Shown: piece after piece, positions 1 through 11,378 of the stretch
Position numbering within the stretch: the stretch's first letter is position 1
Layout: the number at the start of each line of letters is the position of its first letter
Origin: Cirrosporium novae-zelandiae
Lineage: Eukaryota
Reading direction: 5' to 3'
NCBI GenBank assembly: GCA_026023565.1
Contig: JAPETS010000042.1
Coordinates: 1-64,000 of the forward strand
DNA: 64,000 nt
Program-made: the position numbers and the translations under genes
Notes under the pieces: generated by a model
Databases searched by the model: none
Told to the model about the DNA's origin: nothing
Seen by the model: only the letters and a program-made list of their open reading frames with translations

Positions 1-1177
1 CACTATATTCATTCATTTGGTTACGGATGGTATTCCTATCTACGATTACATACACAGCGATAGTGAGGTTGAAGAGACCAACCTTAGTAAGTAAGGGAGG
101 CTGTGGTTTCTGTTAAGGATCTCGGAAAATGCCGTGCCAAGACTAGATAGTATAACTAGAATATTTTGGATAAATTTAATAAAGAACCATACACAAAATC
201 ACAGTTGCACGGAGGCGTGATTTTATTTATAATATTCCAGAATTGTGTATGTAAGAATCCAGGATTCTTTTCAGGTAAGGGAGCTGGTATCAACATTTTG
301 ATATACTTATTATGTCGATCATAACGTCCTCTGAGAGTCCTTATGGAAGGCGTGTCTAGCTTCATAAACGAATCCTAAAACTAAATCAGCAAATAATGCT
401 GATTCTTATCGTGTTTTGCTCCCCGCATGACGTACAGTGGTGCGACGTCCATAGACCGTTTCTTAGACAACTACACCTCATAGTGCCATATTCTATCTTA
501 ATGTGGTTTTTTGCAAGAGTTATCTTCATGTTCCGGGTTATTCCATGCCAAGAATAGCTGTATAAATAGTATAACTATTGTAAATAATATCCTAGGAGGT
601 AGCTTAGTCGTAGGCCGACTATAGAGAGGCCACATGCGTACCGCATGTGTACCTCAGGCATCCCGACTAGGGCTAGGGCTGACTTACTAACCGCTTAGTA
701 AGTCTGCACTACAAAAGGGGACACCTTGTACTTAGTAGTCCCCTAAGGAAATACAACTACTTGTATACGCACCCCTATTTCCCCGATCATTACTGGATTT
801 ATTTATAACAATAACTTTCATAGAATCAATTCTACACAAAATAACATTAACATGATCATGTATCAAAGAAAGTAGCCATCCAGTATGCTAATATCAAATT
901 CAAAATACTCAGACCATATAATGAAAGGGGATTGGTGCTATTGTTCGATTGTATTCATATTACCACTCATTGTTCCTGACATCGTTGTAAGTCGGCCATT
1001 CTTTTTAAATCAAGAATTATTCTCTGAAGCGGTGGGGATTTGTTTCACAAATAGAGAGCAGATCTGGACTAAAACACCTCGCTTCTAGATATATAATTGT
1101 TGTATTGTACAACTCGGACTGTAGATCATAGTAGTTCCGGTTTACGCTAGACGCGCTACTCAAGAATTTCTATATTC

Positions 1178-1900
1178 GTGGTTCTTTTTTCAGATTTCTC
1201 AGGAGCAAATCTATTCAATGTAATTATTATATTTCTGCTTGCATACCCTAGTACTTTTTTTATACGTAACTTTAGGATAGCCGTAGTGTCGATTAATCAA
1301 CTGCGGAACAAGTTGGCTGCTCCCGAAAGAGATATTATAATTATATTGCAGACTCTTTATGAAAAAATGAAAAATCTTGCGGTCCAGCGACAGAGACAAT
1401 CTACTCCGACTCAAATGGCTTGCTGGACGTTATATAGGAGGAGAGACTTAGCGGAATTGATTGAATATCTTACTGAACTTGTCTCTGCGCTTGTTGAACT
1501 TGTTCCTACAAAGCCTCAACAGCAGCTATGCAACGCTGAAATTGCAGAAATCAACAATAATAAAAGTCTGGTTGCTTTAAATACTATTCTACGTGAACCG
1601 GTTGGCGAGGATAACGCCCCTCTCGATAGCCTTCTTTTTGAAACTGTTACTTCAAAAATCGAAGAGCGGAGAGGCCCAGTGGCTATAGTTGAATAGAAGA
1701 GAAACAAAACTAATAGCGAATCTATTATGCACCAAGGAGATTATATCGCGAATGATTATCAAGGTCAAATACAGCCAAATGGAGGCAAGCACTTGTTAGC
1801 TGAAGACAATGAATTAGGGACAAACATATATTTCCATCAAGGCGATAGTTTTGGAAATACGAAATACCTTGTTGCTGGAAACTGCCTACGAGTTTGTTAA
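1178..1900 (+). pseudogene. HET-S-like HeLo-domain protein fragment with a C-terminal two-repeat prion-forming-like domain; premature TAG at 1694-1696
   Basis: LYEKMKNLAVQRQRQ..CWTLYRRRDLAELIEYLTELVSALVELVP..QQLCNAEIAEI..SLVALNTIL resembles the C-terminal half of HeLo domains. The same frame continues past the TAG: KRNKTNSESIMHQGDYIANDYQGQIQPNGGKHLLAEDNELGTNIYFHQGDSFGNTKYLVAGNCLRVC*. The HeLo N-terminus is not recognisable upstream. Confidence 0.7.
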
Positions 1901-2282
1901 GCCTCAGTACAATGAGGTTGGTACTAGCAATGGTATTTTCATTGGATAAAAAGTTTTTGGCTGGTCGATGTTCGGGAGGTAGCAAAAACACATGCTTTTT
2001 CCAGGTTATCCATTGCTCTTTTTCATCTAGGGGGTATGAAAAGTTGAGAGGCGTTCTATCCGGAGTCGATATCCAACCTGGGCCGATACTGGACTTGGGA
2101 ACAAATTCTTTCACTGTCAGAAGATCCCACGATCGGATAGTCCAACCGTCTAAGTCCGAAGCTAGAAATTCCTCATCTAGTGAATATGCCAATGCCATTA
2201 TCAGATCTGAAAAGCCTTTGTTAGCCGTAGGTACAAACGTACCTACATAAGATTCAACACGGACGTCAACCCGTTCTAGCCA
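1890..2282 (-). pseudogene. C-terminal WD40 fragment of a probable NACHT-WD (NWD-type) NLR
   Basis: The frame of ORF 1725..2198 extends upstream to KGFSDLIMALAYSLDEEFLASDLDGWTIRSWD (a degenerate GHS..V.AVAFSPDG..LASGS.D.TIRLWD repeat). It is followed by EQWITWKKHVFLLPPEHRP, which resembles the WIT...LWLPPEYRP cap of fungal NACHT-WD proteins. No NACHT domain is visible. Confidence 0.6.
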
Positions 2283-2447
2283 GAAGCAACAAACAATCCC
2301 ACACGCCTCTCAATACCACCTCGCAGCTCCCTAAACTCCCTCGCCGTCCCAAACCCCACAGCTCTTATATATATCTTATATGTCTCGGAAACCCGAAACT
2401 CCAAGCCTTTGGTGGGTATTCATGTATGGCGAGGAATGAAAGACAAC

Positions 2448-3476
2448 GAAGGGAATGGACCAGACCTTGATTGCCCAAGGTCTATTTGGTCTATATACAT
2501 ACGAACTTTTGTGGTGTTGAGGTTTGGGGGGATTTTGGAAGATGTTGGAGTTCGGAATTTTCGAATTTTGGGTTTAATCCAAAGCCGAAAAGGTATAATC
2601 TACCCCCGAATACCCACCCGTTGTGCCCCCCGATTACTCTACTGAAGCCTCCCTTAAGCACAGAGGCTCGCACTGAGTATTCTATTGAACATTTGACTAA
2701 ACTTTTAATTCTAGGTATCCAAAAACCCAAATTTGGCCTCGAATTCTCTACGTGTACGACTTTTTGTTACAATTGAGAAGCACTTGGGAATTGAGGCCAA
2801 TGAGTAGTAGAATGCCGCATGCCCAGCTAAAATAAAGCAGGTTATTCTAGCTTTCATGACATATGTCTAGCTAGCAAGCTGGTTAGGGGCACGTCGTTCT
2901 AGCTGGAGGCATATCATTTTAGTTGGAGGCCGCATGCCTAGCTAGCTAGAATAGGGCAAATTATTCTAGCTTTCATGACATATACCCAGCCAGCAAGCTA
3001 GTTAGGGGCATATTATTCTAGCTAGAGGCATATCATTTTAGTTGGAGGCCGCATGCCTAGCTAGTTAGAATCCTGTTATTCGAGCTGAAGGCTGCATGTT
3101 CAGCTAGAATATAGCAGGTTATTCTAATTTTTATGATATATACCTAGGTGGCTAGCTAGGGACATGTTATTCCAGCATGAGGCCGCATGCTTTGCTAGAA
3201 TGGAGCAGGTTATTCCAGTTTTTATGGCATATGCCTAGCTAGGGATATAATGTTTTAGCTGAAGGCCGTCTGCTCAGCTAGCTGGCTAAAATGCTGTTTG
3301 GTGCGGCAAGGGGAGGGGGGGGTGGAAGTTGCCGCCAAAGCTTCCGCTAAGACCTTGATTTGTCTATTATATAACTATTAACCGACCGATCAAACCTTTG
3401 TTACATCATGTAACGGACGTACTATAGACCGGTTAGACCAAAGCCCTCGGTCTGGTCTGTCTGGTCCATTCCCTTC
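2448..3476. mobile_element. Putative non-autonomous DNA transposon remnant bounded by a perfect 18-bp inverted repeat
   Basis: GAAGGGAATGGACCAGAC at 2448-2465 and its reverse complement at 3459-3476, with subterminal GACCAGACC motifs. Related sequence occurs at about 25081-25282. No target-site duplication is visible. Confidence 0.5.
2815..3290. repeat. Degenerate tandem repeat (about 119-bp period, decaying rightward), CTAG-rich
   Basis: Copies starting at 2842 and 2961 align over about 110 nt and differ only by C/T or G/A transitions. Confidence 0.85.
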
Positions 3477-4748
3477 CTTGATGACAGACAGGGCTTTTTT
3501 GGCGCTCGGAGCTCATCGTGGCTGTCCTGCTTAGAAGGATTCTGTTAGATAGTTTATCTAGCTACCTATACTATAATGGCTTCCATGGGGTTACAATGCT
3601 TTATGTAGTGACTTCGGTCCTACCCCTATCTCTCAACTGCGGTCAAAAAAAGGTACATTCCCCCTCCTCGTTTTTGACGGATTTGCTTATTGTTCTCTCC
3701 TTTCTTTTCATCCAGAGCTGGATTTCCTCGGACTCATTTTGAAGATGACGTGTAGGTCTAGACTAATTGTCTTTCAAATCTGAGTTCAGGCCTGGATCTG
3801 CTTTTTGCTTGTTGCGTGATTGTGGGTTGATTTCCTAGGTAAGCGGGCAGGTAGACAGGAGTAGTCTTAGATCGATGATGGAGGGGGGCCCAGCCTAACC
3901 TACCCTGACCTTACACGATTGTGCGTGTATACTTGTGTCAGGATAAATGGAGATCCTGAATGAGTTACTAGCCCAACCAACCAGCTTGCTAGCCACTAAG
4001 CTTCCCTCTCTCGAACATGTAATGGGTGCTTCTATACGTGGATCCATGAAACTCCCTCCTCTATTTACTTAACTGTACATGTGTGCATGTTAGATAAAGA
4101 AAGGCTTGATAGGGGATGGGGGTAGAACCTGGAGGGGGGTTCATCGTTTTGGATAATGACTTTGCTTAGCTTAGCCTTGCTTACCCCGCCTCGACTTCCC
4201 TGCGTTCCTGCGAGGGAAATTTCGGAAGGGATGGGATGGGTATTTTATTTCATTTGAATGGATGGATAAGTGGGATGGATACATAGAGAAACGCGCGCGG
4301 GGGAGGCTCTTTCTGCGGCAAGAACGAGGCAAACCAAACCAAGGCATAGCAGAGCAAGGCAATGCATGGGGTCGGAAAGGGTGGTAATGATGCCGTACGC
4401 CATATAAATGATAGGGGCATATCTTTCTCTCTTCCTTGCGTTTTCTTCGAGTATAGGTTCTGCAGCGCGCACAAAAAAATAAAATGCAATGCAACGTAAT
4501 GTACTGTACTATACAATCAATCAATCCGGCTCAAATATCTAGTTCATCTATGATTCATCCTCTCTGATCAATCAACCGCATTTTCGATTATTTTTTCCTC
4601 TTCTCCTCCATTTTCTGCATCTTTACCGTACGCACATTGGGTGATCGAGGGGATAGATAAATGGATGGATAGATAGACAAGTATGGAGGACGAAAACGGT
4701 ACACGAATCGTTTATGGCTGTAATTGCAAATGAAAACCAATCCTGATC

Positions 4749-5437
4749 CTATCCCTGTCTCTGTTTATGTTTTGGGTTTTTTTTGCTGTGGTGCGTGTAA
4801 AGAGGTGATTGTTAGTTTGGAATTTGATGCGATTATAGTAGTTTTTTCTTTCGTTTTGATAGAAAGAGAAATTGGGGGCGGGGGAGGGAGGGTGGAGAAT
4901 TGTGGGTAAGAACATACCAGATGATATACACGTATCCCTTTCTTCGTACGCTCTGTGGTGGAGATAGAACAGATTAGCATTAACTCTTTCGTTCTGCACG
5001 CCCCATCTATGCCTTCTCTTTCCCTTTCACCAGTTGTAGAACCCCGTCAACCCATCTACATCTATACCCATCCCCTCCCAAATCAACCAGCCAACCAAAA
5101 AAATCACAAAACACACAAATACACATACCTTACACCCATCACAAAGTTTCTTAACCGAACTCCGAACCTTCATCCCCCGTCTCTGTGTCGTCATTAACAC
5201 CTGTCTAGAAATAACACCATTTGCACCCCTCCATAGTAACGGTCTCGTAATAGATGTTCCAATTGTTCGCGACAATGCATGTGAGGACAACGAAGAGGAA
5301 GAAGAAGCGCTAGAACATGCTCTTCTCTGTAGGGACTGGAGGATTAGAGGTGCGAAGATGGATAAAGTGGATGAGAGGAGGGGGCGGGAGAGGCGGGGAG
5401 TAGCTCGCGCTACTGCTGCTGTGCGGAGGGAGAGCAT
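4749..5437 (-). CDS. RTC6: Mitochondrial ribosomal protein bL36m; exons 5129-5437, 4918-4952, 4749-4785
   Basis: The spliced product ends [38 protein letters not shown], the L36 signature, after an Arg/Ser-rich presequence. Introns are canonical GTATGT..CAG. Confidence 0.93.
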
Positions 5438-5974
5438 GGTGGGCGGTCGGAGGAGAGCGGATGCGCGGATATTCGGAAAGATAGGAGGGGATAGTGAGGC
5501 CTACTGATGATAATGGCCTGGCGGGGTGGGAGTAGAGTGGGGGGTTGTTGGTAGGTTATAAATAAATGCTTTGAACTTGAACTTGTTGCTCCGCCGATTG
5601 TCCGGAGGTTTGGTTTGGCTCTTCTCTTGGAGCTTCAACTTTTAGGTTCGTTCTTGGCAGTCTACACCCAAAATGGAAATCTCCGAAAAGAGGGTTGTGA
5701 GCCCTAGCTAAGATAACTCTTTAAAGAATTGCAGAAGCGCTTCCAGTTCATTCATTACTTTAGTTCACTTTTATTATAAATAAACTATATTTCTAGGAAA
5801 TTTAATTGTAGGTCATTAAGATAGATATCTCTGTCTTATTTCATCATTGGAACCCGAATCCACCTTGGATATATCCATCCGATCTACCTATAGGCTAACT
5901 GTTAAAAACGCCAACGCTCCAGAACCTCCAGTACGTAGGGCCAAAGTAAATTCCTGAGTATACAATCATCCCAT

Positions 5975-7917
5975 CTACTGTCTCAAGAACATCTTGTAAG
6001 TTGCAGAGTCCGTGCATTCCTGGTGTGGATATCCGAGTTCGTTGAGAAAGCCTTCCAATTCTTCCTTCTCGGACTCGGGACATTGGATCCCAGCAAGTAT
6101 CTTTCCGACATCCCCGCCATGGTTACGGTAGTGGAAGAGAGAAATGTTCTGGGATGGTCGGAGGGTGGTTAGAAACTTGAAGAGGGCACCTGGACGTTCG
6201 GGGAATTCGAACATGTAGAGCCTTTCGTCAGTGACCCCGCTACGACCTCCGACAAGATATCGAATGTGCGATTTTACGAGTTCGTCATCACTTAGATCGG
6301 TTGCGACTACACCATCTTCACTTAGACGACTGGTAAGATTGTTCAAGTCCTCGGTTCTCGTTGAAGGTTTGACAGAGATACCCATGAGAACATTTGCTGC
6401 TTCATCTTTGGCATATCTGTAACTGAATTCGGTGACTGGATGAGGAAGAACAGCCTCGACCAATTTCGCAAAAGCACCTGGCTGCTCAGGTATGGTAACA
6501 CTCAATAGTGCTTCCTTTTTTTCACCCAAAGCTGCTCGTTCTGCAACGAAACGTAACCTGTCAAAGTTCATGTTCGCACCAGAGGCAATGGCAACTAGTT
6601 GTCGATTTGTGTTTGATGAGGGATATTTTCCAACATATTTCTTCAGACCAGCTAGAGCTAAAGCACCAGCCGGTTCAACGATAGACCTAGTATCCTCAAA
6701 AACGTCCTTGATTGCTGCGCAGGTTTCGTCGGTAGTCACCTGGATGACTTCATCTACTACCTCGGTGCAAAGTCTAAAAGTTTCCACTCCCACGGTCCTT
6801 ACAGCTGCGCCGTCTGCAAACAAGCCGACTTCATTCAGAATCACTCGTTTTCCCTTTGCTAGGGACTGTACCATGGCATTGGCATCATATGTCTCTACAC
6901 CAATGATCTTGACATGAGGTGCAAGACGTTTGATATAGGTTCCTATTCCAGCTATTAAGCCACCCCCTCCAACGCAGCAGAACACCGCTTCCAGGTCCTG
7001 CAGATTGGTCTGTCGAAGAAGCTCCATAGCAATTGTACCTTGGCCAGCAATAACATAAGGGTCGTCAAACGGTTCGACGCTCGTGAGGTCGTGCACCTTT
7101 GCTAATCGATGGGCTTCTTCCTTGGCACCGTCAAAGTCATCTCCGTGTAGGACTACCGTACCACCCATGCGAGATACATTGAGATGTTTGATAGAAGGGG
7201 TTCCTTTTGGCATGACAATCGTAGCAGGAATCTTCAAGTGTCGAGCAGAGAAGGCCACACCTTGAGCATGGTTTCCAGCCGAACAAGCAATAACACCTTT
7301 CCACCGTTGTTCGGAAGTAAGGTGGGCCATTTTGTTATAAGCTCCTCGAAGCTTGAAGCTAAAGACAGGTTGCAAGTCCTCTCTCTTCAGTAAGACCTTG
7401 CATTCTAATCGGTTGCTCAGATTGATTGCATGAGTCAGAGGAGTTTCATTCACAACATCGTAGACGCGGGAGGTCAGGATCATGCGGGTGTACTGGTGGA
7501 CAATGAGTATTTTGACCTTCCGAACGGATTTCTGTATTTATAGCTCACGTCTGGATAGCCGCTTGGGAGAAGAAAATCTTCCGGAACCAGCGTACATGCT
7601 TGTGATTTTTCAGATGGAGGAGAAGGATATGCGGTTCCTTCGGTGAGGGAAAGACTATGCAGTTTGGGGGTTTGTGGTGTTGAGGCGCCATTGGATGAGA
7701 CAGCTTCCTCCATCGTCGCATAAGACCGTCGTCCACCTAATTGGTATGTTGAGGGGAGTTTATTTGGTGTGAATGAGTAATTCCTCGAAGAAATTGCGGA
7801 GGTCCGATTCACACAATTGGAGCAAAACGAGCAAACTCGTGGCGGATTGGAAAAGTATTTGAGATGTCTCAGACCGCCAGGCCCAAGAGATTGAGGAACT
7901 CTCATCATTGATCTCAT
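5975..7917 (-). CDS. ILV1: Threonine dehydratase (biosynthetic, mitochondrial); exons 7549-7917, 5975-7492
   Basis: [18 protein letters not shown] (PLP lysine), [22 protein letters not shown] and two C-terminal regulatory domains. The 56-nt intron joins [13 protein letters not shown]. Confidence 0.96.
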
Positions 7918-8436
7918 ACTATGACAAAATTATAGAATGAATTGGAAATAATTGAAGAAAAAGAAGAACAAAATGACTGGCCGTATTTTATTTTAAAAAA
8001 GTAAAAGCTATGACTCTTCTTATTCTTAAGCTATCTCTGATTAAATAGCTCGTCGCATGATTTTTTTGTTACTGTAAACTGCTGTCAAATGATCGACACA
8101 GGGATTATGGAAGAATATTGAAGCCAATTCTTTTCTGACATTGTGCCGCAATAATCCCTTAACCAATCAGGTGATGTTGTTTAGAGCTCATTCAAAGGGT
8201 CCAGCTTTAACTGATGATGTACTTTCGAAAGTATCAAGACGCATGTACAAGGACTTATTTACTTGGTAACCGTCAAGGACATTTGATAAAACAGATTGAC
8301 ACCAATTCCACTCCGTCTTTATTTTGCTTTCTAGTCCTGGCCTTCTCTTATCCTTATCAGGTCTATCAAGGCGAATTCGTCCCTCGTTGAAAGACGTCAC
8401 CAATCTACGCTTCCTATCCAACACAACAGTCTCGGA

Positions 8437-9066
8437 ATGTCGGACAACGGCGGAACAGTTCCTTCCTCATTTGATGAGTATGCCGATACGGTCTTACTTC
8501 CCATACTATAGAGACTGAATATATCAGGGACAAGGAGTTTTATGAGGAGAACCGATGGCAGAAGCTTAGACGTAAATTGACGCAAGAGCCATTGGTCCCA
8601 ATAGGTGTTATATTCTCTACACATCTATAACGACCTCTATTAATGATAATCTCTAGGCTGTTTAGCAACATGCTACGCTCTTTGGCGAGCTACTAGAGCC
8701 ATACGTGCCGGTGACCACGAGACTACAAATCGCATGTTCCGTGCCCGTATCTACGCCCAGGGATTCACATTAGTTGCTATTGTTGCTGGAAGTATGTATT
8801 ACAAGACTGAACGGGCTAAGAGAGGTGAATTCGAAAAAGCGTTGGCCGAGAAGAAAGCCCTGGAGAAGAGAGAGAGATGGATCAAAGAGTTGGAAGCCCG
8901 AGATTTAGAGGAGAAAGAAATGCAAGCCAAAAAAGAAGCTATTGCTAATGCTGCTAGAGAGGGAAAAATTGCCTCTGTAGCGAAGAGTATGATGGAGCGT
9001 AGTGAGCAGAGGGGTGAAGGGAGAATAGTCGAGGCAATTCGCGACCTCCTTCAAGGGCGCAGTTAG
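8437..9066 (+). CDS. RCF1: Respiratory supercomplex factor 1 (HIG1 domain); two introns in the 5' part
   Basis: Spliced product MSDNGGTVPSSFDEDKEFYEENRWQKLRRKLTQEPLVPIGCLATCYALW..NRMFRARIYAQGFTL matches the Rcf1/HIG1 motifs. Confidence 0.92.
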
Positions 9067-9519
9067 TCTGTACTGTTGGAAGGTTAGCGGATGGGGTGAT
9101 TGAGATATTTCGCAAAAGGCATGTTTCTCTTTTGTCAAAATTTAAAATCCTAGTCAGAATTGTACAGGTTCGAATATATGGACATTCCCGTTTAATAAAG
9201 CCGAGACGGAGGGATCATTTAGGTCGGGTTTAATGTTTTATCCAATATTACCATAAATGGCCAACTTCAAATGGTTGGGGCAAGTCCTCCATGCACTCGA
9301 TGGCGTCCAGATCTAGCATTCACAACGTTGAAATTATAAAAACTCTGACAGGAGTTCTTACAACTCAAATCTTAGAGCCCAATCCAGGGCTCTTGCATCA
9401 CTTGTCATGTGATCAATCTCACTAAGATTATGGGAGACCCTGTCTTCAAAGTGTAGTATTGTAGGCATCGTTCGGTGGAATAAATATTTGTTTGTGGGAC
9501 TAGAGGCGATACTACAATA

Positions 9520-10135
9520 TCATGATTTCTTGGAATCTGGCCATGTCGCATCAATATAGCTCTTCAGAGTCTTGAAGTCGGTTCTTCCAACCTGTTATGA
9601 AATCAGACTTAGTATATATATTTATTTTCAAATAGTCAAGTCTTTATTACCGAGATTAAATATCGAATGTGTGCCTATTTTGCAAGTTAGCTCGCGTTAT
9701 TCGGTCTACTGAACCGAGGCTTTTCTATACATCATTCCAAACTTACAGGGTCAATTACATGTCTATGTGCCTCGTACTCTTCCCGGACATATTGGCGCAT
9801 CTCCGTTTTATGGGATGGATCAGTGATCTCTGATAAGATAATACTTAGTTAGCATCATCAGAGCTTCCCCAAAGGGCTTTTTCTGACAGACGTACTATTA
9901 GTCGCGCGCAAAACATCGCGCCATAAGTCTATAGCCTGTTGCCGTAAAAGAAACTGCAGAGCATTCAATATCAATCAGTCATGGTTCATCAATTATTTAG
10001 AACCTTGGAAAGCCTCACATGCTCAAGGGTTGGTCCACTGTCTGGCTTTCTCTTATTCCAAACGCCTTTTGATGGCAAGACAGTGGCATATCCTCGTAAT
10101 TGAAACCCTCTCGAAGCAATTGATTTGATATTCAT
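9520..10135 (-). CDS. LYRM2: LYR-motif protein 2 (LYRM2-like, about 117 aa); exons 10019-10135, 9896-9953, 9747-9829, 9651-9674, 9520-9591
   Basis: Manual splicing gives MNIKSIASRGFQLRGYATV..PTLEH-FLLRQQAIDLWRDVLRATNKITDPSHKTEMRQYVREEYEAHRHVIDP-AHIRYLIS-VGRTDFKTLKSYIDATWPDSKKS*. All four introns are GT..AG with consistent phases. Confidence 0.85.
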
Positions 10136-10360
10136 CTGTAGAAAAGGATAGTCAGTGGTAAAAATCCGACCAACGTAATAAGATCTTGGTGTACAATGAC
10201 ATAATATTTTCAATCATGTGATCTTGTGACAGACCCGTGTTTTCTCCAACGCGCTCGCTTACACCAACATCAAGATTTAATTATCAACCAAGGAGACTCA
10301 GTCAATCCAACCGGTCCAGCCTCTGTTAAAACCTAGCAATCGACGCCTCGGTTCTAGAAA

Positions 10361-11092
10361 ATGAAACCTAGCAAATCAAGACTGGTGCACACCAGAAAAA
10401 GAAAGCGTGTCGAAAACAACCCAAACTTGGTTCCTATTGTTGAGCGCACAAATGCTTTGACGTTGGAGCAATTAAAGATTAATTATCTCCCCGACGGTTC
10501 TTCATGTTTGAAATACCGCCGTGACAATTCCAAAAAAACGTGGTTGATATCGCTTGAGACATCCAAATCTATTTCGGATAAAGATCTGGATGCTTGCCTC
10601 CAGATCATTGAATCTACGAGCGTAGACGCTTACAGGAGGTCTGAATTGGGTTGGCATCCCGCGGAAAAGAAAAAGGAGATGCAGTTGCCCGATATGCGCT
10701 ATCTCCTTGTGAGGGAGGCCAATAGTGAAGGGCATCAAAACAAGGCCAATCAGGATTCTATAGTGAATGGTTTTCTATCATTCATGGTTACCTACGAGGA
10801 TGGAAAGGAAGTCATCTACTGCTATGAAGTCCATTTATCCGAGGAACTGCGTGGTATTAAGCTAGGAAAGCATTTGATGATGATTATGGAGCAAGTTGGT
10901 ACCCAAATCAAACTCGAGAAGGCCATGTTAACCGTCTTTGTGAAAAATGAACAAGCTCGTAAATTCTACGAGAAGATTGGGTATGATGTGGATGAATATT
11001 CACCACAACCCAAGAAGCTCAGAGGCGGAGTGATCAAAGAACCATCATATGTTATTTTATCGAAGCCGCTAAAGGCCTCAAAAGGTCAATAA
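10361..11092 (+). CDS. NAT4: N-alpha-acetyltransferase 40 (histone H4/H2A NatD), GNAT fold
   Basis: YRRSELGWHPAEKKKEMQLPDMRYLLV, GFLSFMVTYEDG.EVIYCYEVHL, KAMLTVF..N..ARKFYEKIGY..DEYSP, YVILSK. Confidence 0.88.
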   Translation: MKPSKSRLVHTRKRKRVENNPNLVPIVERTNALTLEQLKINYLPDGSSCLKYRRDNSKKTWLISLETSKSISDKDLDACLQIIESTSVDAYRRSELGWHPAEKKKEMQLPDMRYLLVREANSEGHQNKANQDSIVNGFLSFMVTYEDGKEVIYCYEVHLSEELRGIKLGKHLMMIMEQVGTQIKLEKAMLTVFVKNEQARKFYEKIGYDVDEYSPQPKKLRGGVIKEPSYVILSKPLKASKGQ

Positions 11093-11378
11093 CGAGTTCA
11101 TAACCACCAACGATCTTGATACAACGTCTTGAACCTTAAGATTACGCCCTCGTTCCATTGAACAAGGGGGCTCCCAATGCTGAGAGAACTCGGATTGGAA
11201 GGCACGCCGTAACTTCTGTAGAAGTCAGGCGGAATGCAAACACGCGTCCCGGGACCATATTCCATCATGGCCGAAAATATATAAGCATAGCAATATCTCT
11301 TTTATGCACGCCTAACCCGAATCCCGGAGAAAAACGCCGAAGATGCCATGACCGAGGAACTCAACTCATACATCATCT

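Noticed and set aside
1..1170. Short ORFs (156-365, 885-1088) as genes or as the missing HeLo N-terminus
   Set aside because: No recognisable motifs; the region is TA-rich and stop-ridden, consistent with decayed DNA.
8083..8140. Possible box C/D snoRNA (ATGATCGA..CTGA with TGTCA/TGACA ends)
   Set aside because: Box C is imperfect, the stem overlaps box D, it is too short, and no rRNA-complementary guide was recognised.
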